Positions 57,548-64,000 of a stretch of DNA of 64,000 nucleotides are shown one piece after another. Source of the stretch: a plasmid. Made by a program: the position numbers and the translations under genes. The DNA is taken from sequence record NZ_CP012903.1, one strand, 5' to 3'. A model generated the notes under the pieces. It was not told the origin of the DNA. It made no database searches and saw only the letters and a program-made list of their open reading frames with translations. Within the stretch, counting starts at the first letter, position 1. Each line of letters opens with the position of its first letter.

Positions 57548-58935
57548 TCGGAATCCCCACTATTATTTGAGGTAGTTGCACGATACAAACCTCTTGACTT
57601 CAATAGCTCCGCCATACGAATTGATGATCTGTCTATCGCGGCTTTAGGAAGATAAAAATCTACTAATTTCTTTATATCTCCAAAGTGATCACCAAGCAAT
57701 AAAGATATTTGAGCTTTTCTTCCACTATCGTTTATAAAACGCATGATTCTACCAAGTGGATCACCGTATGCAATTATTACTATATGCGTTGAGGGTATTG
57801 TCAACATGTCAATAATAACCCGATTTATATGCTCATCGCCAAAACTATAACCATATGTTACCAAGGTGCTATTAGGACGACATGTTGCAGATGCTAAATC
57901 CCTAAATAGCTCAACATAAGGATATTCAGATGTTTCACGGTCTTTAACTGAATTTGGATAAATCATTAATTGTTGATAATTTGCAGTTCCGGTAGTTTCC
58001 ACCTGTAAAAAGGGTTCAACCGAACTGGCTCCAAATGGCAATCCAAAACGCCTTATAGCCCCTTCAGTAGCATACCAGTCCAATGAACCATGTAATTTAG
58101 TAAATCGCGCCACACCTTCCAAATATCTTGGCTCACCCCGAATCCCTGGTGGGTTGTAATGATAATCCACTTCTAACCGAGAAGATCTAAAAATTGGTGC
58201 TATAGTACCGACAAATCTGTCAATTAAACGAAGACCTGCTATTTCAGCGCCCGTTTCAATTATCCTGTCGTAATTTGTCGTAAAAATATGTAATCGATCC
58301 CTAGTTGCTGTTCGACTTGAAAAACTCATCAAAAAACTTACTAAATAATTAAATGTTTCTGTTTTTAAATCGTTGTTTGCATCACGAATTAATTTTTCAC
58401 CATAACTAACTGAGTCTGAAAATAATTTCAGACACCTTGTTAGCTCATTATTTAACTCTACTAACTCACTTTTTAAATTTCGATATGAGGGAGCACCTGG
58501 TGGAGATGGTGGAACCGGTAGGTTTTGTACCGTTAAAATCTCTAGTCCTTTAATCAACTCATTAATTGAACGAATCTGATCTTCAATATTACCCTTTCCC
58601 CTTCCTGAGGCGTCTGCTGTTTTAGCTACATAACTGTCTATTTCAGCCTTACAAACTTTGAGATCTTCAATCCATCCCATACCTTGAGGTTTGGTGCCGG
58701 TCGCTGACTCTTGGATAGCCGAACTAAGGCCGGCGCCAATAAGTATATTTAAGTGTTCAGACTGAAAAAGTGCAGTTAACCAAGGTTCTACTCTTGAACG
58801 CAAAAAGTCAGGAGTGATTTTATCTTCTGGTTTTGCCCATGCGCAGTGTCCAACGACTTTAAATGCACCAACTTCGCTGTGTGGGTCCAACTGAACCGGA
58901 GACTGGTCATCGCCAAGCTTTAAATATTGACTCAA
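57544..58935 (-). CDS. SIR2-like (SIR2_2/DUF4020-type) NADase-domain protein, partner of HerA
   Basis: 463-aa protein; ...SEHLNILIGAGLSSAIQ... resembles the SIR2 Rossmann motif; gene is translationally coupled to herA. Confidence 0.6.
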   Translation of the reverse strand: MSQYLKLGDDQSPVQLDPHSEVGAFKVVGHCAWAKPEDKITPDFLRSRVEPWLTALFQSEHLNILIGAGLSSAIQESATGTKPQGMGWIEDLKVCKAEIDSYVAKTADASGRGKGNIEDQIRSINELIKGLEILTVQNLPVPPSPPGAPSYRNLKSELVELNNELTRCLKLFSDSVSYGEKLIRDANNDLKTETFNYLVSFLMSFSSRTATRDRLHIFTTNYDRIIETGAEIAGLRLIDRFVGTIAPIFRSSRLEVDYHYNPPGIRGEPRYLEGVARFTKLHGSLDWYATEGAIRRFGLPFGASSVEPFLQVETTGTANYQQLMIYPNSVKDRETSEYPYVELFRDLASATCRPNSTLVTYGYSFGDEHINRVIIDMLTIPSTHIVIIAYGDPLGRIMRFINDSGRKAQISLLLGDHFGDIKKLVDFYLPKAAIDRSSIRMAELLKSRGLYRATTSNNSGDSE

Positions 58936-59011
58936 TTTGAATACATCCTTTTTTCGAGTTTAAATATTGCTAAATAGAAGCCGTTCAGGTTTTTAAGAAT
59001 GCTCATCTTTC

Positions 59012-59593
59012 TTATTTATTATTGGAAAGATTAATATTGTTAGTAACCGTTTTTCTTTTCAGCCTAAAATACGTCGCCCGTGATATACCCGTTTTTTCCA
59101 TTACCTCTTTTACTTCTACGTCCTTATTGATCAATTCATTAGCTAATTCAGCCTTTCTATGAGGTTTTCTTCCGAATTTGACGCCCTTAATCATAGCTGC
59201 CTGCCGTCCATCGTTAGTTCGTTCCAAGATCCTTTCACGTTCCGCTTCGGCAACAGCAGCTAGTATCTGGATGACCATTTTTCCCATAGTGCCTTCAGTA
59301 CTAAGGCCGTTCTCAAGAAAGCGAATAGCGATGCCTTTTTTATAGCAAGTATCCACGATGCGAATCATATCTGCGGTATTACGTCCAAGACGATCCATTT
59401 TTGTACAGAGAATAATGTCATCTTTCTCCGCTCTGGCAAGGAGTCGCTGTAGCCCTTCGCGCTCATCAGTTGCTCCCGACATCATGTCAGTAAACACTCG
59501 ATCATCCCTCACTCCCGCTGTGTTGAGCTCAGTAACCTGGCTCGTCAGTTTCTGATGGCTGGTTGATACTCTTGCATACCCTAATAATGCCAT
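59012..59593 (-). CDS. tnpR: serine recombinase/resolvase TnpR (193 aa) of a Tn3-family transposon
   Basis: MALLGYARVSTSHQKLTSQVTELNTAGVRDDRVFTD... with a C-terminal HTH. Confidence 0.85.
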   Translation of the reverse strand: MALLGYARVSTSHQKLTSQVTELNTAGVRDDRVFTDMMSGATDEREGLQRLLARAEKDDIILCTKMDRLGRNTADMIRIVDTCYKKGIAIRFLENGLSTEGTMGKMVIQILAAVAEAERERILERTNDGRQAAMIKGVKFGRKPHRKAELANELINKDVEVKEVMEKTGISRATYFRLKRKTVTNNINLSNNK

Positions 59594-59752
59594 TTTGGTC
59601 TCATAAATCGATATTGATACTGCGTAGTATCATAAGGCATAAATCACGATTTTTGATACTCATGTTTAGGGCAGTTTTCATTGGTCTCAAAATTTATAAT
59701 ATTTGAGACGGTTAAAAAATGAACAGAACTCCCGTTTACGAAAGGATGCGCA
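59594..59752. promoter_or_regulatory. res: res site / divergent promoters between tnpR and tnpA
   Basis: Position between divergent tnpR and tnpA; AT-rich. Confidence 0.45.
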
Positions 59753-62700
59753 ATGAGTGATGACTTTCTTACCAGCGAACAGACAGAAAACTACGGTCGC
59801 TATGTGGCAGAACCAAATGAGGTTCAGCTGGCTCGGTATTTTCATCTGGATGAGCGTGACCTTGCTTTTATTAATCAGCGACGGGGAAAACATAACCGGC
59901 TGGGGATTGCACTTCAGCTGACTACGGCGCGCTTTCTGGGAACGTTTCTTCCTGATCTCCTTCAAATTCCCTCATTCATCCGTTTTTACATTGCGGCACA
60001 GTTGAACATCAGCCGACCAGAGATCCTTTCCCGGTATGCTGAAAGAGACAATACCCGCTGGGAGCATCAGGGGCTTATCAAGCTCTATTATGATTATCAT
60101 GATTTTGGTGATTTCCCCTGGTCATTCAGACTGAAGCGTTTGCTCTATACTCGCGCCTGGCTCAGCAATGAGCGTCCAGGTCTGCTGTTTGATTTTGCTA
60201 CCGCATGGTTGCTGCAAAATAAGATCCTGCTACCCGCAGCCTCGACTCTGACAAGGCTGATTGGCGAAGTACGCGAACGGGCAAGTCGACGATTATGGCG
60301 AAGGCTGGCTTTGTTGCCTGACAGCTGGCAGAAAACACAACTGGACGGTTTACTTGAAATACCTGAAGGGCAGCGTATGTCGGTGCTGGAGGAGATGCGA
60401 AAAGGTCCTGTCACTATCAGTGGGCCGTCATTTACAGACGCCCTGGAGCGATATACCCGACTGCGTAGCATGGAGTTTTCCCGGCTGAATTTCTCCGGTC
60501 TGCCTGCCATCCAGCTGCGGAATTTGGCCCGTTATGCCGGAATGGCTTCGGTGAAATACATTTCAAGAATGCCTGACGAACGGCGACTGGCCGTGCTTAC
60601 TGCGTTTGTGAAAGCACAGGAAATTTCGGCGCTTGACGAGGCCGTGGATGTGCTGGATATGCTTATTCTGGATATCACGCGTTCTGCAAAAAATATCGGG
60701 CAGAAAAAGCGGCTCAGGACCCTTAAAGATCTTGATCGTGCCGCGCTATTACTGGCACGGGCATGCACGTTATTACTTGATGAGAACACCGATGAAGCAG
60801 CTCTGCGGCAGGCTATTTTTCGCCGCATACCAAAGGACAAACTGGCTGAATCCGTCGGCAAGGTAAATGAGCTGGCGCGCCCGCAAGATACTCATTTTCA
60901 GGATGAAATGGTGGAACAATATGGACGGGTGAAGCGCTTCCTGTCCGCGATGTTGCGTGACTTACACTTTCAGGCCGCCCCGGCCGGGGAGCACACGTTG
61001 TCAGCAATCCATTATCTGGCCGAACTGAGTGGCTCAAAAAAGCGAATTCTCGACGATGCACCAGAGCAAATCATTTCCGGCCCCTGGAAACGTCTGGTCT
61101 ACGACAGAGATGGTAGGATTCTACGAGCGGGTTACTCGCTGTGTCTTCTCGAGCGCCTTCAAGATTCTTTGCGCCGTCGTGATCTCTGGCTGGAGAACAG
61201 TGACCGGTGGGGGGACCCGCGTCAAAAATTGCTTCAGGGAGCTGAATGGCAGGCACAACGCATCCCGGTATGTCGGGCGCTGGGTCATCCATCAGACGGA
61301 ACTAAAGCAGCAGAACAACTGGCTACGCGGCTTGATGACACATGGAAATCAGTGGCTTCACGTTTTGCCTGCAACGCAGCGGTCAGCATAAGCAATGAAG
61401 GTAAGCATCCCTCACTGACGATTAGCAGTCTGGATAAACTGGATGAGCCACCGGCACTGATACAATTGAATCGTCGGGTAAGAGAACTGATCCCTCCGGT
61501 TGATCTGACTGAGCTGTTGCTTGAAATAGATGCCCGAACCGGTTTTACCCGCGAATTCAGCCACGTCAGTGAATCAGGTGCTCGGGCGCAGGATCTCCAG
61601 GTCAGTCTGTGCGCAACACTGCTGGCAGAAGCCTGCAATATAGGGCATGAACCCCTGATAAAGCATAATATTCCCGCGCTTACTCGCCATCGTCTGAGCT
61701 GGGTTAAACAAAATTATCTCAGGGCAGAAACGCTGGTCAGCGCTAATGCACGGCTGGTTGATTTTCAGTCCACGCTGCCGCTCGCGGGGTACTGGGGAGG
61801 TGGTGAGGTTGCCTCCGCAGATGGTATGCGTTTTGTCACACCGGTTAAAACGGTTAATTCCGGACCAAATCGTAAATACTTTGGTTCAGGACGCGGTATC
61901 ACCTGGTACAACTTCGTCTCCGATCAGTACTCCGGTTTCCATGGCATTGTCGTTCCCGGTACGCTTCGTGATTCCATCTTTGTACTGGAAGGGCTTCTGG
62001 AGCAGCAGACCGGGCTGAATCCGGTAGAAATTATGACGGACACGGCAGGATCCAGCGATATCATTTTTGGCCTGTTCTGGTTACTGGGCTACCAGTTTTC
62101 CCCTCGTCTGGCCGATGCAGGCGGGGCGATATTCTGGCGGGCAGATAAAACGGCACATTATGGTGCCCTGAATGAGCTGGCCCGGGGATGTGTTGAACTG
62201 TCAAAAATAGAATCCCAATGGGATGAAATGATGCGAATGGCGGGCTCACTGAAGCTTGGGACCATCCATGCATCAGAGCTTATTCGTTCACTGTTGAGAA
62301 GTAGCCGACCATCTGGTCTGGCTCAGGCGATTATGGAAGTGGGCCGGGTCAACAAGACGTTGTATCTTCTCAACTATATCGATGATGAGGATTACCGGCG
62401 TCGGATCCTCACTCAGCTCAACCGGGGAGAAGGACGCCATGCAGTGGCTCGAGCCATTTGCTACGGACAACGTGGTGAAATTAGAAAACGCTACCGTGAA
62501 GGGCAGGAAGATCAACTCGGTGCTCTGGGTCTGGTGACCAATGCGGTTGTGCTGTGGAACACACTTTACATGCAGGAGGCGTTGTCACATCTTCGCAAAT
62601 CGGGGGAAACACCTGAAGAGGAGCATCTGGCAAGATTATCGCCGCTGATACATGGCCATATAAATATGCTGGGGCATTATACGTTTTCGTTACCGGAAGA

Positions 62701-62761
62701 TATTCTGAAGGGCGAGTTAAGACCATTAAATTTCAATACAAACAATGAATTAACCTCTTAG
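59753..62761 (+). CDS. tnpA: Tn3-family transposase TnpA (1002 aa, intact)
   Basis: MSDDFLTSEQTENYGRYVAEPNEVQLARYFHLDERDLAFINQRRGKHNRLGIALQ...; about 60-70 percent identical by eye to the Tn2 tnpA fragment at 19530. Confidence 0.9.
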   Translation: MSDDFLTSEQTENYGRYVAEPNEVQLARYFHLDERDLAFINQRRGKHNRLGIALQLTTARFLGTFLPDLLQIPSFIRFYIAAQLNISRPEILSRYAERDNTRWEHQGLIKLYYDYHDFGDFPWSFRLKRLLYTRAWLSNERPGLLFDFATAWLLQNKILLPAASTLTRLIGEVRERASRRLWRRLALLPDSWQKTQLDGLLEIPEGQRMSVLEEMRKGPVTISGPSFTDALERYTRLRSMEFSRLNFSGLPAIQLRNLARYAGMASVKYISRMPDERRLAVLTAFVKAQEISALDEAVDVLDMLILDITRSAKNIGQKKRLRTLKDLDRAALLLARACTLLLDENTDEAALRQAIFRRIPKDKLAESVGKVNELARPQDTHFQDEMVEQYGRVKRFLSAMLRDLHFQAAPAGEHTLSAIHYLAELSGSKKRILDDAPEQIISGPWKRLVYDRDGRILRAGYSLCLLERLQDSLRRRDLWLENSDRWGDPRQKLLQGAEWQAQRIPVCRALGHPSDGTKAAEQLATRLDDTWKSVASRFACNAAVSISNEGKHPSLTISSLDKLDEPPALIQLNRRVRELIPPVDLTELLLEIDARTGFTREFSHVSESGARAQDLQVSLCATLLAEACNIGHEPLIKHNIPALTRHRLSWVKQNYLRAETLVSANARLVDFQSTLPLAGYWGGGEVASADGMRFVTPVKTVNSGPNRKYFGSGRGITWYNFVSDQYSGFHGIVVPGTLRDSIFVLEGLLEQQTGLNPVEIMTDTAGSSDIIFGLFWLLGYQFSPRLADAGGAIFWRADKTAHYGALNELARGCVELSKIESQWDEMMRMAGSLKLGTIHASELIRSLLRSSRPSGLAQAIMEVGRVNKTLYLLNYIDDEDYRRRILTQLNRGEGRHAVARAICYGQRGEIRKRYREGQEDQLGALGLVTNAVVLWNTLYMQEALSHLRKSGETPEEEHLARLSPLIHGHINMLGHYTFSLPEDILKGELRPLNFNTNNELTS

Positions 62762-62794
62762 CGTGGTTTTTTACATCATTGGACCTTGAACCCC
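62757..62794. repeat. 38-bp terminal IR of the Tn3-family transposon (tnpA end)
   Basis: CTTAGCGTGGTTTTTTACATCATTGGACCTTGAACCCC, overlapping the tnpA stop as in Tn3. Confidence 0.75.
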
Positions 62795-62876
62795 AATTAT
62801 GACTGCGGGCAGTAATGTCGAGCATCTTGGACTGAGATTTAAGGTGGAAAGTGCCGCTGAGTAAGATCACCATAGA

Positions 62877-62899
62877 GCCCGGCTAAGCCGGGTTTTTCT
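62877..62899 (+). terminator. rho-independent terminator
   Basis: GCCCGGCTAAGCCGGGTTTTTCTTTT. Confidence 0.5.
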
Positions 62900-62964
62900 T
62901 TTGAAGGCTACGAACTACCCTGCCCCCTCAAGTTTCTTATCAACTCCCCCTACTATCCATATAC

Positions 62965-63023
62965 CTCTGTATTGCACATCGTGTAATATCGCGGTATAGT
63001 ATTACACAACATGTAATACAGAG
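62965..63023. promoter_or_regulatory. long inverted-repeat operator upstream of higBA
   Basis: CTCTGTATTGCACATCGTGTAATAT ... GTATTACACAACATGTAATACAGAG: near-perfect 25-bp arms around an 11-bp spacer. Confidence 0.55.
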
Positions 63024-63030
63024 ATGGCCG

Positions 63031-63309
63031 ATGATAAAATCTTTCAAGCACAAAGGATTGAAACTGCTTTTTGAAAAGGGTGTTACTTCTGGTGTGCCTG
63101 CGCAAGATGTAGACAGAATCAATGACCGTTTGCAGGCCATCGATACAGCGACAGAGATTGGTGAACTAAACCGCCAGATTTACAAATTACATCCATTAAA
63201 GGGGGATCGGGAAGGTTACTGGTCTATCACTGTCCGGGGGAATTGGCGCATTACTTTTCAGTTCATTAACGGTGATGCTTACATTTTAAATTATGAGGAT
63301 TATCACTAA
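63031..63309 (+). CDS. higB: HigB-type toxin (RelE/ParE superfamily, 92 aa)
   Basis: [40 protein letters not shown]... with the toxin gene upstream of the antitoxin. Confidence 0.8.
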
Positions 63310-63623
63310 TGAGACAATTCAAGGTTTCACATCCGGGTGAGATGATAGCCCGCGATTTAGAGGATATGGGAGTGAGTGGTCGTCGTTTTGCTCACAATAT
63401 TGGTGTTACACCAGCAACCGTATCCCGTCTACTTGCGGGGAAAACTGCGTTGACCCCTTCTCTTTCGATTCGTATTGCTGCGGCACTGGGGAGTACGCCT
63501 GAGTTTTGGTTACGGCTACAGAGCAATTATGATCTGCGCCAGTTAGAAAACCAAATCGATACATCCGGGATCGTCTTGTACGGTGAGTCGAACGAACAGC
63601 AGCAGAACGCGCAAGAGCATTAA
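63309..63623 (+). CDS. higA: HigA-type antitoxin (XRE-family HTH, 104 aa)
   Basis: ...[51 protein letters not shown]; start overlaps the higB stop (ATGA). Confidence 0.8.
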
Positions 63624-63699
63624 TCAATTTCTGATGCGAGGCCACCAGCCTTGCATCAGATACCCTGAGCCCTAATAGCTTTATCCTGCCAACTTTCTC

Positions 63700-63790
63700 T
63701 TACCCTCCGGGTGATTTCTTACAAGCTTACCCTTACCCTCATAGTCGTTTACTACCAAACTACCCTTACCCTATGGGTATGCCGTACTAA
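63700..63790. repeat. iteron-like TTACCCT / TACCCTTACCCT repeats
   Basis: CTCTTACCCTCCGGG, GCTTACCCTTACCCTCATAG, CTACCCTTACCCTATGGG within 90 bp. Confidence 0.4.
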
Positions 63791-63883
63791 CTTTGGCCCG
63801 TATAGCCTTTGCCCACTCTTCGAGGTATTGCGGGCTCATGCTATCTTAATCATACACTATATGATTAAGGAGCCATCACCGAT

Positions 63884-64000
63884 GAACCAGCCACTGACCA
63901 CTGAAATTCTAGAGTCTGCATCCATCTTACCCTTTACCTGCGAGCATTGTGGTCGTGTCTATGATGATGAGGCTGCTTGTCGATCTGATGATTGCCCCGG
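63884..64000 (+). CDS. 5' end of an ORF running off the window (Cys-rich, zinc-ribbon-like)
   Basis: GGAG RBS then MNQPLTTEILESASILPFTCEHCGRVYDDEAACRSDDCP... Confidence 0.3.

Overview
Mosaic multidrug-resistance plasmid segment of Enterobacteriaceae type, dense with insertion sequences (three IS26, IS1, IS5, ISCR1, ISEc28/ISEc29-like, IS5075-like, two IS3-family copies). Layout: (i) 0.4-19.5 kb is an IS26-bounded Tn1548-like module: class 1 integron (intI1, PcW promoter with TGN-extended -10, dfrA12-gcuF-aadA2, qacEdelta1-sul1), ISCR1, ISEc28-like, armA, ISEc29-like, msr(E), mph(E), a frameshifted DDE transposase, and an Acinetobacter-type Rep_3 rep gene truncated by IS26. (ii) 19.5-33.8 kb holds a Tn2/Tn3 tnpA 3' fragment with its IR, a Tn21 merT fragment plus merR with an IS5075-like element inside IRmer, IS1 followed by catA1 (Tn9 remnant), and a complete Tn501/Tn1696-like mercury transposon whose merT and merP carry indels. 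(iii) 33.9-39.2 kb is plasmid backbone with three LexA boxes preceding mucAB-like, Tus-like and DinI-like genes, then an array of small genes with paralogous intergenic modules. (iv) 39.3-47.2 kb is a split IS1 containing an IS5 fragment and a previously undescribed AT-rich Tn3-family transposon: about 47-bp imperfect IRs, a serine resolvase plus a nonsense-mutated paralog, parDE, a secreted (DSMAK)n tandem-repeat protein flanked by a partial parDE duplication, and a frameshifted tnpA. (v) 47.4-54 kb has qor split by an IS3-family element, an IS5-family fragment, IS26, an ftnB-like gene and an IS5 with a nonsense mutation. (vi) 54.1-62.8 kb is a SIR2-HerA antiphage operon with herA cleanly interrupted by an IS3-family element (3-bp AAC TSD), lying as apparent cargo beside tnpR-res-tnpA of a Tn3-family transposon; it is followed by higBA. 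No rRNA, tRNA or CRISPR found. All calls come from reading the sequence and ORF translations and from recalled family knowledge; no database searches were run.
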